The notes: generated by a model from the sequence alone, not told the origin. Counted from the first letter of the stretch, positions 50,083 to 60,251 are shown. The stretch is DNA of 64,000 nucleotides from Alphaproteobacteria bacterium (GCA_965228345.1 CBDDHH010000004.1:74983-138982), one strand, 5' to 3'. Translations and numbers: made by a program.

Positions 50083-50652
50083 ATGCCCCTTGTCCCCTGG
50101 TTTCTCGCTTTCCTGTGTTCTGCTATCTTGTCAGCTTGCGGCGGCGCGCTCCCCGAACGCTATCATTCCAGGGACTATGATCTCAAAGAAGTCACAGCGC
50201 TCTCACGCAGTGCTCTCGCCACGCTGCAAACCCAATCGTTTAAAACCAATCGTGAATACTGCGGCTACATTGGTATTGACCCAACCGGCCAGGTGCGCGC
50301 CGCACCTGCTAGCAAGGGGCGGGTGAACACATGCCGTGCGGTCAATCAGCCACTCGATTGGCACATTATCGCCCACTATCATACCCACGGGGCCTACGAC
50401 GCACGCCACAATACCGAACGACCTACGGCTCTTGATATCACGGGCGGTCTAGGGCAGGCGGGCATTGTTGGGTTTGTTTCGACTCCTGGGGGACGATTTT
50501 GGCAAATTGGTCTTAGCGATCCGACGCAGCCCGCTGCAAAGCTGCTTTGTGATGAAGGATGTCTGCCTCAAGACCCTCAGTTCAAAGACATACATCCTAT
50601 AAAATCGAGCTATAGCTTGGCTGAGTTGATGGCCTTGGGCGAAAAATCCTGA
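50083..50652 (+). CDS. DUF4329-like lipoprotein
   Basis: Lipobox ..AILSAC. REYCGYIGIDPTGQV..WHIIAHYHTHGAYD resembles DUF4329. Low-GC gene. Confidence 0.45.
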   Translation: MPLVPWFLAFLCSAILSACGGALPERYHSRDYDLKEVTALSRSALATLQTQSFKTNREYCGYIGIDPTGQVRAAPASKGRVNTCRAVNQPLDWHIIAHYHTHGAYDARHNTERPTALDITGGLGQAGIVGFVSTPGGRFWQIGLSDPTQPAAKLLCDEGCLPQDPQFKDIHPIKSSYSLAELMALGEKS

Positions 50653-50687
50653 TCCTGAACGATCTTCCCAAGTCGGCAAGTTATATC

Positions 50688-51172
50688 GGCGGCAATTGTG
50701 AGTGAGTCTTAATGGTCGCTGGTATAAGGGCCGCGACTGCGGCGGCCCCAAGCGGGCTCCAAGCTCGAAGGGCGTAGGGAACGCCCGCGCACGAAAGGGT
50801 TGGGCTCCAAGCTCGAAGGGCGCAGGGAACGCCCGCGCACGAAAGGGTTGGGCTCCAAGCTCGAAGGGCGCAGGGAACGCCCGCGCACGAAAGGGTTGGG
50901 CTCCAAGCTCGAAGGGCGCAGGGAACGCCCGCGCACGAAAGGGTTGGGCTCCAAGCTCGAAGGGCGCAGGGAACGCCCGCGCCAAAAACAAGTGGCCCCG
51001 AGAATAGCTAAGAAGGCGCCTCGGGGTATAAGCGAAGGCCCCGTCGCACGGTCGGGCTGAGCGAGCGGTGCGAGCGAGGTGAGACCGCCGCTCAAAAAAG
51101 CCGAAACGCGGAGCGTTTCTGCCGTGAGACCAAACTCCGCTGAAAATGTCAATGTTTAGCGGAGTTGGTACT
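50688..51172 (-). repeat. Largest modular hairpin repeat copy with 5 tandem 48-bp modules (50754..50985)
   Basis: Five head-to-tail gggctccaagctcgaagggcgcagggaacgcccgcgcacgaaagggtt units embedded between standard end/core modules. Confidence 0.9.
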
Positions 51173-51312
51173 AAAGGTCTGGCAGGGCGGGAAAAATTAT
51201 GGCTTTCGTGCGAGAAAAGAGGCCTTTTTTGGTTCCGAGGCTTTGCAAAACGGCAACCAGGTGCTAAGGGCCGCGCTCTCAATCGGGGCCAGGGGCCTCA
51301 AAAGGAGTTTCA

Positions 51313-51516
51313 GTGGAAGTATCAGTACGCGACAATAATGTGGAGCAAGCTTTGCGCGCGCTCAAGAAGAAGTTGCAGCGTGAGGGTCTGTTTCGGGAAA
51401 TGAAGGAGCGTCGGCACTTCGAAAAACCCAGCTTGCGTCGCAAGCGGGAAAAGCAAGAAATGGCGCGGCGTCACCGCAAGAATTTGCGCAAGAAGATGGA
51501 GCGCGACGGTTTCTAG
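51313..51516 (+). CDS. rpsU: 30S ribosomal protein S21
   Basis: ..[40 protein letters not shown].. matches S21 throughout. Confidence 0.85.
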   Translation: MEVSVRDNNVEQALRALKKKLQREGLFREMKERRHFEKPSLRRKREKQEMARRHRKNLRKKMERDGF

Positions 51517-51542
51517 TCGCGTAGCTCTAAGAGAGTGTTTGA

Positions 51543-51565
51543 GGGCCTGGTTAGGCCCTTTTTTT
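51543..51565 (+). terminator. Intrinsic terminator after rpsU
   Basis: gggcc-tggtta-ggccc followed by T7. Confidence 0.7.
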
Positions 51566-51596
51566 ATGCTGAAATTTCGGCCATGGAACCTTGCCC

Positions 51597-52229
51597 ATGT
51601 TTGACGCTGCCCTGCGCCCGTTGATCGATCCGCCCCTCCATCGGCTTGCTAGCGTGTTGGATGCTGCGGGCTTTAGTCCCAATCAGCTGACCTTGACGGG
51701 GTTGGGCTTCGGCCTCCTGGCCGTCCCTGCCTTGTGGCAGGGGTTTTACCTAGCCGCGCTTGTCTTGATTGTACTCAATCGCCTGTTCGACGGCCTTGAT
51801 GGCGCCCTTGCGCGTGTTTGGCACGAGCGCGGCAAACCCCCGCCAATTGAGGGTGGCGTGTTCGACATTAGCGCAGACTTTATTTTCTATGGGGCGATTC
51901 CTTTGGGGTTCGCCCTCGCCGATCCTGCGACAAATGCACTAGCAGCAGCGTTTCTACTCTCGGCTTTCCTCGGGACGGGATCAAGTTTTCTGGCCTTTGC
52001 CATTCTTGCCGAACAGCACGGCCTTGAAACCGAAACCCATGGCAGGAAAGCTTTCTATTACCTGGGCGGCCTCGCTGAGGGGGCCGAAACCATCGGCCTT
52101 TTTGTCGCCGCCTGCCTGCTGCCCCAATGGTTCCCCTGGTTGGCGCTGGGCTACGGTCTGATCTGTTGGATGAGCGTCCTTGGGCGATTCTTCCTGATCC
52201 GAGAAAAGGTCAAAGCCCTAAGTCCGTAA
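51597..52229 (+). CDS. CDP-alcohol phosphatidyltransferase family protein
   Basis: ..NRLFDGLDGALAR...GGVFDISAD.. matches the D-x2-DG-x2-AR...G-x3-D-x3-D motif. Multi-TM. Confidence 0.7.
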   Translation: MFDAALRPLIDPPLHRLASVLDAAGFSPNQLTLTGLGFGLLAVPALWQGFYLAALVLIVLNRLFDGLDGALARVWHERGKPPPIEGGVFDISADFIFYGAIPLGFALADPATNALAAAFLLSAFLGTGSSFLAFAILAEQHGLETETHGRKAFYYLGGLAEGAETIGLFVAACLLPQWFPWLALGYGLICWMSVLGRFFLIREKVKALSP

Positions 52230-52971
52230 GGCCGAGCGGCGTACCCAGTTGGAACTCCGCGACCCTGCGGCCGACCCAGGACTTCATAACGTAGGCGAAC
52301 CCGTATGCGTCGTACGTGCTGCGGATCTCCCCAATTTTTTTCCCTTCTACTAGCAAGGTTTGGCCGACCCTGCCGCGGCCTTGGTACGGCACCAACACGC
52401 GCTTGAGCAAGGCGCGGTAGCGCATACGTGCCGTCACCTCCTGGCCCATGAAACAGCCCTTTTTCCAATCGATTGCCCCTGCCAGTCCATTGTCGAGCAA
52501 GGTTGATTTATTCGGCACGAGGTCCCACGCGCCCTCAGGCACACCCAAGGCGGCGCGGGCGGCATGAAAGGCTGCGGCAGACTCAGCCACGGGGCCAGCA
52601 GGGCGCAGATCGTGGCTGATCTCGCTATGGCGGCTGTCGGCGTAGGGCAGTTTCGGGCCGCCGATTTGACTGATGAGGACCTGCCCTGCGTCCCCCTCTT
52701 GCAAGGTCACGGCGGATCGCAATTTGAACAGGCCGAGCTTCTTGAGGGTTTCGTCGAAGGCACGCGCGGGCAGGGCCAGGACCAGGGCGTCGGGTGCGAC
52801 CGACAAAATTGGAAAATCGACGAGCCACTTTCCTTGCGGGGTCAGCAAGGCCCCGTAGGCACCTTCCCCTACGGCCAGATCGGTGCGCTGGGTAATGAGC
52901 CCGCCGAGGAAGGTTCGGGCATCTGGCCCGACTACATGCAGCAATCTGAGATCGTCGCGCAAAAAACCCAT
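52210..52971 (-). CDS. ygfZ: Folate-binding YgfZ/CAF17 family protein (Fe-S cluster repair / tRNA modification)
   Basis: GcvT-like fold with signature ..KGCFMGQE.. near the C-terminal third. Confidence 0.7.
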   Translation of the reverse strand: MGFLRDDLRLLHVVGPDARTFLGGLITQRTDLAVGEGAYGALLTPQGKWLVDFPILSVAPDALVLALPARAFDETLKKLGLFKLRSAVTLQEGDAGQVLISQIGGPKLPYADSRHSEISHDLRPAGPVAESAAAFHAARAALGVPEGAWDLVPNKSTLLDNGLAGAIDWKKGCFMGQEVTARMRYRALLKRVLVPYQGRGRVGQTLLVEGKKIGEIRSTYDAYGFAYVMKSWVGRRVAEFQLGTPLGLTDLGL

Positions 52972-53005
52972 AGACTTTAGATGGGTCGAAGACCATGCGT
53001 TTGCA

Positions 53006-54343
53006 ATGACGGCAATTTACGATCTGATTTTGAAAAACGCCCAGGTGTTTTTGCCTGGCGGGATGACCCCCATCGACATCGGCATCCACGCGGGGCGGAT
53101 CGCCGCGCTGGATAAGCTGGACAGCGCCAAGGGTGGGCAGGTGCGCGACCTTGCGGGCCTCACCATCTTGCCTGGCCTGATCGATACCCAAGTTCACTTT
53201 CGTGAGCCAGGATTGGAGCATAAGGAAGACCTAGAGACGGGCGCCGACGCGGCGGTCGTTGGCGGCATCACGGGCGTTTTTGAAATGCCCAATACGCAGC
53301 CGACGACGACGACGGAGGCAGCCTTGGCCGACAAGCTGGCGCGCGCCAAGGGCCGGATGGCGTGCGACCATGCGTTCTTCGTCGGGGCAAGTCCGCACAA
53401 CCTTGACACCATCGCCGACCTGGAAGATTTACCTGGGTCTGCGGGCGTCAAGGTCTTCATGGGGTCCTCAACCGGGTCTTTGCTGGTCGAGCAAGAAGAC
53501 ATGTTGGAGGCGGTGCTGCGCAAGGGGCATCGCCGTGCGGCATTCCATTGCGAAGACGAAGACATGCTGCGCACCCAATACGCCGAAGTTGCGCCAGGAA
53601 CCCCCGTGCGCGACCATCCAGCGATCCGCAGCGTTGCGGCGGCGGTGACCGCCACCGCGCGCTTGCTGCGCTTGGCAGAAAAAACCCGTCGGTTGGTCCA
53701 TGTCCTCCATATCTCTACGGCGGAAGAACTGCCGCTGCTGGCCGCGGCTCGTACCTGGGCCACCTGCGAAGTGACGCCCAACCATCTAAATTTAACCGCG
53801 CCAGACTGCTACGATACTTTGGGCAGCAAAGCGCAAATGAACCCCCCCGTCCGCGACGCCCGCCACCAAGCCGCCCTTTGGCATGGGGTGCGCAGCGGCT
53901 TGTTCGACGTCATGGGGTCCGACCATGCTCCCCATACCCTTGCCGAGAAAGCCCAAGTTTTCCCCGCCTCACCCTCGGGCATGCCCGGGGTTCAAACCAC
54001 CGTCCCGCTCATGCTGCACGCGGTCAACGAAGGTAAGATGACCCTGGCCCGCCTCGTCGATTTGATGGCGAGCGGCCCGCAGCGCATCTTTGGTGTTCAA
54101 AATAAGGGACGCATCGCACCTGGCTACGACGCTGACTTGACCATCGTTGATCTCAAGCGGACCGAAGTTGTGACCCCTGCCTGGCTCAAGTCGCGCGCGG
54201 GCTGGTCGCCCTACGAGGGACGACGCTTGCGCGGATGGCCTGTTATGACCTATGTGCGCGGTCACCTAGTCGCCGAACAGGGAGAGCGGGTGGGCTCTGC
54301 GCCTGGCGCGCCCATCAGTTTTTTGAAGTCGCACGGACGCTGA
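53006..54343 (+). CDS. pyrC: Dihydroorotase-like cyclic amidohydrolase (type I)
   Basis: ..GLIDTQVHFREPG.. (D-x-HxH metal site), ..VLHISTAEEL.., ..GSDHAPH.. amidohydrolase motifs. Allantoinase/hydantoinase not excluded. Confidence 0.6.
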   Translation: MTAIYDLILKNAQVFLPGGMTPIDIGIHAGRIAALDKLDSAKGGQVRDLAGLTILPGLIDTQVHFREPGLEHKEDLETGADAAVVGGITGVFEMPNTQPTTTTEAALADKLARAKGRMACDHAFFVGASPHNLDTIADLEDLPGSAGVKVFMGSSTGSLLVEQEDMLEAVLRKGHRRAAFHCEDEDMLRTQYAEVAPGTPVRDHPAIRSVAAAVTATARLLRLAEKTRRLVHVLHISTAEELPLLAAARTWATCEVTPNHLNLTAPDCYDTLGSKAQMNPPVRDARHQAALWHGVRSGLFDVMGSDHAPHTLAEKAQVFPASPSGMPGVQTTVPLMLHAVNEGKMTLARLVDLMASGPQRIFGVQNKGRIAPGYDADLTIVDLKRTEVVTPAWLKSRAGWSPYEGRRLRGWPVMTYVRGHLVAEQGERVGSAPGAPISFLKSHGR

Positions 54344-54632
54344 TATAGCGAGTGCGATTTAATTTGATTAAGGCGCAATCACTATATCCTTTATTGGCGC
54401 TCAGCTTATCGTCTCAAAATGTGATCGTTTTAATACCAGCGGCGAATTAAAATGACTCTTTTATTCGCTGGTATAAGGGCCGCGACCGCGGCCCCCGTAG
54501 CGGCCCCGAGAATAGCGCGAAAGCGCCTCGGGGTATAAGCGAAGGCCCCGTCGGAGGCGAAACGCGAAGCGTTTCTGCCGTGAGACATAAAACGGCTGAA
54601 AAAGTGTCAACTTTTTTCGCCGTTGGTATAAG
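54344..54632 (-). repeat. Modular hairpin repeat copy (reverse) preceded by accessory module E1 (54344..54425), starts 1 bp after the pyrC stop
   Basis: tatagcgagtgcgatttaatttgattaaggcgcaatcactata..., then aataccagcggcgaattaaaatgactcttttattcgctggtat ... ggcgaaacgcgaagcgtttctgccgtgagaca ... ggctgaaaaagtgtcaacttttttcgccgttggtat. Confidence 0.85.
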
Positions 54633-54695
54633 ACGGTTTGGCTGTACCAAGGGTCGCGTGATTGTTCTGCTGGCAAGAGCCGGAATTGAACAACC

Positions 54696-55865
54696 TCAGA
54701 ACTGTGAGGACTGAGGCTGCGCACGGAGGTTGTCGATGTTGCCGTCGGCCGACAGCAGAATCGCGAGTTGACGGGACCCTTGGAAATTAGCGAGCAAAAT
54801 GACGAAGGCCGCCATGATCGGCGCAGAGATCAGCATGCCAAAAATCCCCCAAATGGCTCCCCAAAACAAGAGGGAGGCCATAACGAGGATTGAGGAGATG
54901 TTGAAGGAGTTTGCAAGCAAACGGGGTTCCAAAACCGAACCGATGCTCTGTTGGATCAACAAGAGACCAAAGATCAGAACCAGCCAGCGTGTCACGGTGA
55001 AGTCGGGATCTACGAGGAACAGCACGATAGGCAAAATCGAAGAGATCAGCGAGCCGACGACGGGAATGTAGTTGAGCACGAACAGCAATAGGGCGAACAG
55101 TAAAGCAAAATTGACGTCCAGAATCGCCATTAAGATGTAGCCCAGGCCGCCCGTGAGCGCTGAGGTAAGGGTTTTGATCCGAATGTAGGAGGCGAGCCGA
55201 GCGATGATCAGGCCGATAAGCGAGGACCAGCGCTCATGGGCGTCTTGTTCCCTGTTCAGGGCTGCGAGTTTTTTGGGGAAGCTGCTGCTTTCTGAATAGA
55301 AGAAGATCATGTAGATCAGAACGGTGACCACGAGGGTAATGGTGCCTTGCGTGGCGGACAGGAGATTGGTGGCGGCCTGGGGTAAGCGCGCGCGCAAAGC
55401 CTCGATTGAGTTGACCACAAGACCTTCAAACTGTTCGGCGTAGGTTGCAATTTCCGCGGTGTTGACGGCGGAATCGCCCGACACGACGGCGTTGACCCGC
55501 GCGAGTTGCCCACCCACCCAAGTGGCAAAGGTGCTGGCGAGGGCGCCAAGCTGTGCCTCGTAGTCGGGAATTTGGGCGCTAAATTCCACGACGGTGCTGC
55601 TGACCGTGCTGGTGAACAGCCAGGTCGCCATGATCAAAATAACCCAGGATAGGAAGTGGGTTAGGAAAGTCTTGCCCGCAAAGTCGGGCCCCAGCGGCTG
55701 AAGCAGGCGGGCGATGGAGACCAATGCAAACCAAACCAGCCCCGCCAAGACGATGGGGATCAAAATGGACGACCCAAGCCACAAGATATAAGTAAGCAAG
55801 CAGGCACTGGCGAGGGTGAAGAAAATGGTCGCGGCGCTCCAGCGGCCAACAGACAAGGAAGACAT
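54696..55865 (-). CDS. AI-2E family transporter (PerM/UPF0118)
   Basis: 8-TM protein with conserved C-terminal region ..LLFWGAIWGIFGMLISAPIMAAF... Confidence 0.75.
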   Translation of the reverse strand: MSSLSVGRWSAATIFFTLASACLLTYILWLGSSILIPIVLAGLVWFALVSIARLLQPLGPDFAGKTFLTHFLSWVILIMATWLFTSTVSSTVVEFSAQIPDYEAQLGALASTFATWVGGQLARVNAVVSGDSAVNTAEIATYAEQFEGLVVNSIEALRARLPQAATNLLSATQGTITLVVTVLIYMIFFYSESSSFPKKLAALNREQDAHERWSSLIGLIIARLASYIRIKTLTSALTGGLGYILMAILDVNFALLFALLLFVLNYIPVVGSLISSILPIVLFLVDPDFTVTRWLVLIFGLLLIQQSIGSVLEPRLLANSFNISSILVMASLLFWGAIWGIFGMLISAPIMAAFVILLANFQGSRQLAILLSADGNIDNLRAQPQSSQF

Positions 55866-55869
55866 GGGT

Positions 55870-56451
55870 CTAGCCTATCGCATCTATGAGCGCGGCTAAA
55901 GCCCGAAACCGCTGGGTCGAAAGCCCCAGCGCCTGCATCTGATCGATGGTATGGGCCAGGTAGGCGCGGTTGGTCCCCATGCCGCCCGTCGCCTGGGCCA
56001 TGATCGCCGCTTGTTCGTGCATCGACAGGCCGGGTGTAAACTGAGGCGCGCCAGGTGTGGGGACAAAGGTTAGGGCGCGGATAGTTTTGTTTGCCATGCG
56101 GCAGGGAAGTAGGGCGGGCCTGTAGGCGTAGGTGCCGATTTCGCGGTCCATTAAATAATCGTAGGCTGCGGGCACGTCCGCCGCCGCGACCTGAAAGGCG
56201 CGCCCTAGGCACGAACCGCCGGGGCATAGACTTAGCACGAGACCCGGTGTTTGGGGTGTGCCGCGATGGCGAACGGACTGCATGGCAAAATCGCGATGAT
56301 ATCCGTAGATGCGCGCAGAACAGGTGGTCACATGGGCAAAGCCAGGGTTCCACATGAGCGAACCATAACCAAACACCCACAGCGGGTTCCTAAGCAGCCG
56401 CTGGCGCAAATCCCCTAAGTCTTGCCTTTGTATGGGCATAGGGTAAGGCAT
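55870..56451 (-). CDS. chaC: Gamma-glutamylcyclotransferase, ChaC family
   Basis: ..LWVFGYGSLMWNP.. (YGSL motif) and downstream catalytic Glu region. Start set at MPYPMPIQ. Confidence 0.7.
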   Translation of the reverse strand: MPYPMPIQRQDLGDLRQRLLRNPLWVFGYGSLMWNPGFAHVTTCSARIYGYHRDFAMQSVRHRGTPQTPGLVLSLCPGGSCLGRAFQVAAADVPAAYDYLMDREIGTYAYRPALLPCRMANKTIRALTFVPTPGAPQFTPGLSMHEQAAIMAQATGGMGTNRAYLAHTIDQMQALGLSTQRFRALAALIDAIG

Positions 56452-56483
56452 AGGGTCGTGAGTTAAAAAAGAAAGCCTTTGCC

Positions 56484-57611
56484 ATGCGCATCCTTCGCTA
56501 CGTTCTTTATGGCTTTGTCGCCCTGCTGGTTTTGGGATGGAGCGGTGCGTGGCTGGCAGGTCAGCGGATCTTGTTGCGTGAACTGCGCCAGCACGGCTTG
56601 GACGTTCAGGTGGACGAGTTGCACTTTCGCGCTGATGACGTTCGGGTCGGGGGGTTTCCATTTCACTATCGCGTAAGCCCGCGTGGCGCGCAGATCAGCG
56701 GTCTTCAAGACATGCCGACCCTCACCTTAGATGATCGGATTGCGGTTCAGGTTTCCGTGGTTGGCAGTGCGCTCAGTTTGCTGTCAGGCGGCGAATTGAG
56801 CGTGCAGGTTCAGTTTCCTGGCACCTATGAGGTGGATGATCTAGCCAGCATTCGCGTCGATTCTGGTTGGATACGGACCGGCTTGAGCGGCTTCAGTCTT
56901 GGAAACCAAGACACCTGGGTCTTCGATGGGGTGGATATGGACATTGACGCGCTGGCGGTGTCGATGGCGTCGGGCGACGATTGGGTGATCTTTGAAACCC
57001 TGACCCTAGATATGAACCCGCTGGGCAACGCGCCTGGGTACAGTTACGCTCTTGACCTGACAGGCTTGACCCCTGGGTTTCTGGATTTGGGGCGCGTGCC
57101 ACCTCAAATTGACCAGATTGCCTTGAGGGGCCGTATCCAACCTGACCTTCGCTCTGACTACTTTCGGTTTCTTGATGCGGCAACCGAAAACCCTATGGAG
57201 GCTCTGATCTCTAACGCCGAAGTCATCAGGACGTTGCTCAGCTCTGCGCCGGGGATATATGTGACCGAAGGGACGTTGAAATGGGGCGAGGCGTCGATCA
57301 AGGCGCAGCTTGACTTCCCTCTGACCCTCGCGGCCTTGCAACAACAGCTGCACGTGAAAGTCGCAGGCACGCTGGCGTTCACGGGGGTCGGTACTTTTTT
57401 GGAGGAGTTGTTGCGCGCGCCAAGCGTGCAACAAGTCCGCGGTCTGGCGCCACTGATTTCTGGTATTCGCGCGACCGCACCCCGTCTTGGCTTGGATTTG
57501 AACCAAGGCCGCACCAGCACGCTCGACGGGACCTTGATCACCATCGGGACAGCGGGGGTGCGCCCCACCCCAGAACGGGTTTTGATCGATGGTCGCCCCT
57601 TATCGTTCTAA
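56484..57611 (+). CDS. DUF2125-like membrane-anchored hypothetical protein
   Basis: N-terminal TM anchor (YVLYGFVALLVLGW). Remainder of uncharacterised alphaproteobacterial family. Name is low-confidence. Confidence 0.4.
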   Translation: MRILRYVLYGFVALLVLGWSGAWLAGQRILLRELRQHGLDVQVDELHFRADDVRVGGFPFHYRVSPRGAQISGLQDMPTLTLDDRIAVQVSVVGSALSLLSGGELSVQVQFPGTYEVDDLASIRVDSGWIRTGLSGFSLGNQDTWVFDGVDMDIDALAVSMASGDDWVIFETLTLDMNPLGNAPGYSYALDLTGLTPGFLDLGRVPPQIDQIALRGRIQPDLRSDYFRFLDAATENPMEALISNAEVIRTLLSSAPGIYVTEGTLKWGEASIKAQLDFPLTLAALQQQLHVKVAGTLAFTGVGTFLEELLRAPSVQQVRGLAPLISGIRATAPRLGLDLNQGRTSTLDGTLITIGTAGVRPTPERVLIDGRPLSF

Positions 57612-57762
57612 ATCTGGCCCTGGGTGCCTAGAACCGATTGAATGGTGCACGGCAGATTCCAAGGTCGGTTCGGATTGGAATCAGCAATAAAGCGACATCA
57701 TGTGTTGATTTGGCGGCTTACCTTGCCTAAGCCCCCCAAAAAATAGAGTGCAAAAGCGAGCA

Positions 57763-58980
57763 ATGTCCAAAATCAAAGTGCTGAACCCTGTGGTCGAGCT
57801 TGACGGCGATGAAATGACCCGAATCATTTGGGAATTCATCAAGGAACGGCTGATCCTGCCCTACTTAGACATGGATCTTAGGTACTTTGACCTTGGCATT
57901 GAAAAGCGTGATCAAACCGACGATCAAATTACCATCGACGCCGCCAAGGCGATTCAGGAACATCGTGTCGGGGTCAAGTGCGCGACCATTACCCCGGACG
58001 AGGCGCGCGTTGAGGAATTTGATCTGCGGCGCATGTACCCCAGCCCCAACGGAACCATCCGCAATATCATCGGGGGCACCATTTTTCGCGCGCCGATTGT
58101 GATGCAGAACGTCCCGCGTTTGGTACCAGGTTGGACGCACCCCATCGTCATTGGCCGCCATGCTTTTGGCGATCAGTACCGCGCAACCGATACCCTAATC
58201 CCTGGACCGGGCAAGTTGCGGATGGTTTATGAACCCGCGGAGGGCGGCGCCGTGCAGGACCTGGAGGTGCATGCTTTCGATCAAGCGGGCGTTGCCATGA
58301 CCATGTACAACCACGACGAATCCATTCGCGGCTTTGCGCGGTCGTGCATGAACTATGGCCTCAATGTCGGGTGGCCCGTCTATCTATCGACCAAAAATAC
58401 GATCATGAAGAGGTACGATGGTAGGTTCAAGGACTTGTTCCAAGAAATTTATGACGCCGAGTTTTCCGACAAGTTTCGGGCCGCGGGCATTACGTACGAA
58501 CACCGCCTGATCGACGATATGGTCGCCGCAGCGCTGAAGTGGAACGGTGAATTTGTTTGGGCCTGCAAGAACTACGATGGCGATGTGCAGTCAGACACGG
58601 TAGCTCAGGGGTTTGGCTCGCTAGGCCTCATGACCTCAGTGCTCATGACTCCCGATGGAAAGACGGTGGAGGCCGAAGCCGCTCATGGGACGGTGACCCG
58701 CCACTATCGCCTGCATCAGCAAGGCAAGGAAACCTCAACCAATCCCATTGCGTCGATTTTCGCCTGGACGCGCGGGCTGGCCTACCGCGGCAAGTTTGAT
58801 GAGACCCCAGAAGTAGTCAAGTTCGCAGAAACGCTGGAAAAGGTCTGTATCGAAACGGTCGAAGCGGGCTTTATGACCAAGGATTTGGCTCTACTCGTAT
58901 CCCCCGACCAGGGTTGGATGACGACGCGACAATTTTTGGATAAGCTCGACGAAGGGTTGAAGGGGGCCATGGATGCCTAA
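57763..58980 (+). CDS. icd: NADP-dependent isocitrate dehydrogenase (eukaryote-like homodimeric type)
   Basis: [23 protein letters not shown].. canonical start. 405 aa. Confidence 0.95.
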   Translation: MSKIKVLNPVVELDGDEMTRIIWEFIKERLILPYLDMDLRYFDLGIEKRDQTDDQITIDAAKAIQEHRVGVKCATITPDEARVEEFDLRRMYPSPNGTIRNIIGGTIFRAPIVMQNVPRLVPGWTHPIVIGRHAFGDQYRATDTLIPGPGKLRMVYEPAEGGAVQDLEVHAFDQAGVAMTMYNHDESIRGFARSCMNYGLNVGWPVYLSTKNTIMKRYDGRFKDLFQEIYDAEFSDKFRAAGITYEHRLIDDMVAAALKWNGEFVWACKNYDGDVQSDTVAQGFGSLGLMTSVLMTPDGKTVEAEAAHGTVTRHYRLHQQGKETSTNPIASIFAWTRGLAYRGKFDETPEVVKFAETLEKVCIETVEAGFMTKDLALLVSPDQGWMTTRQFLDKLDEGLKGAMDA

Positions 58981-60022
58981 GACACTCAAGGGACTGCTCT
59001 CGGTCCTGGTTTTTTGCCTCCTGGACACCGGCGTGCAGGCGGAGGTTTATTGGTCGGTGCGGCCCGATGACCAACTGGGCGACGGGGAACGACGGGGCGA
59101 CTTTATATCGGGTTGGGCACGTGTGATCGTCGACGACACGGGGGCGGTTCAATCGTTGCAGGATTTAAAGGCATCTTACGGGTCTGTACTTTCCGCTCTC
59201 TCGACTGCAAGCGCGAACAATGCTGCCTTGGTGGAGACAACAGATATTGAGGATCTTGGGAGCGTATCACGGATTCTCACCGATCCCATCCATGCCGTTT
59301 CGGGTTTGCTATTACTCGAGACCTATGTCGGCGGCTTAGCCGCTAATGAGGACTTAAAGGCTACCAAGTTCATTCTGCCTAGGCCCGATTTGCTCGTGTT
59401 CCAAGCAGAGTTTAATTCTGAGATTGATACGAACTTCGCCGACTTGGCTTTTCGCCTTTCCCAAGGCTCTGATGGCGTTAGCGATCTGATCTTAACCTAC
59501 GCTGAAGGCACCTACACCACCAACGCCCCGCCAACAGCAGAGGAAATTCTCATGGCCCTTGGACCCGACCCAGAAAACACGCTCATCATCACCCTGAAGG
59601 ACGGAGAGGTTGCCATTCGTTTACGCGACGATTTGGCACCCAACCACGTCAGTCGATTGAAGGAGCTCACTCGTCAAAACTTCTACGATGGCCTGGTTTT
59701 TCACCGCGTGATAGATGGATTTATGGCCCAAACTGGTGACCCTACCGGGACGGGAACTTCAGGGTCGGGTCAGAACTTGAACGCCGAGTTCACGGATGCG
59801 CCGTTTTTGCGCGGTACCGTCGGCATGGCGCGAGCAACGAGCCCCAATTCAGCAGACAGTCAGTTCTTTATCATGTTTGACGAGGGCCGATTCCTAGACA
59901 ACAACTATACGGTCATTGGTCAAGTCACATCAGGCATGGAGTTTGTTGATCAAATCAAGCGCGGCGAACCCCCCACGGATCCCGACAAAATGATCCGTGT
60001 TCGCGTTGAAGCCGATCTCTAA
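58973..60022 (+). CDS. Cyclophilin-type peptidyl-prolyl isomerase with ~170-aa secreted N-terminal domain
   Basis: Signal peptide, then C-terminal ..[24 protein letters not shown].. cyclophilin motifs. Start overlaps the icd stop. Confidence 0.7.
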   Translation: MPKTLKGLLSVLVFCLLDTGVQAEVYWSVRPDDQLGDGERRGDFISGWARVIVDDTGAVQSLQDLKASYGSVLSALSTASANNAALVETTDIEDLGSVSRILTDPIHAVSGLLLLETYVGGLAANEDLKATKFILPRPDLLVFQAEFNSEIDTNFADLAFRLSQGSDGVSDLILTYAEGTYTTNAPPTAEEILMALGPDPENTLIITLKDGEVAIRLRDDLAPNHVSRLKELTRQNFYDGLVFHRVIDGFMAQTGDPTGTGTSGSGQNLNAEFTDAPFLRGTVGMARATSPNSADSQFFIMFDEGRFLDNNYTVIGQVTSGMEFVDQIKRGEPPTDPDKMIRVRVEADL

Positions 60023-60029
60023 ACCCTTC

Positions 60030-60251
60030 TACCAGGAGTCGATTCAGCTTGCGCGCACCAGACACTTCCATGCCGCCATACTTGGCCTTGGACTTGTAAT
60101 ACCTGGCTGTGTTGAGGCCATGCATGCGACATATGTCCTTAGTCGGAGGGCCTGCCTCATGCTCCCGTATCATCCCAATGATTTGTTCTTCGGTAAATCT
60201 GCTCTTGCCCATCTCTCCGCTCCTTCAAATTTGCAGGTTAGCAGACTCTCA
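60030..60251 (-). mobile_element. IS3-family insertion sequence remnant (left inverted repeat + first ~57 codons of orfA)
   Basis: orfA HTH MGKSRFTEEQIIGMIREHEAGPPTKDICRMHGLNTARYYKSKAKYGGMEVSGARKLNRLLVE is typical of IS3 OrfA. Terminal TGAGAGTCTGC at 60251. Homology ends where the cyclophilin 3' end begins. Confidence 0.6.

Noticed and set aside
50702-51060. ORFs encoding APSSKGAGNARARKGW / GSKLEGRRERPRTKGL repeats
   Set aside because: They are translations of the 48-bp tandem DNA repeat inside a non-coding repeat element. No start context and no homologues.
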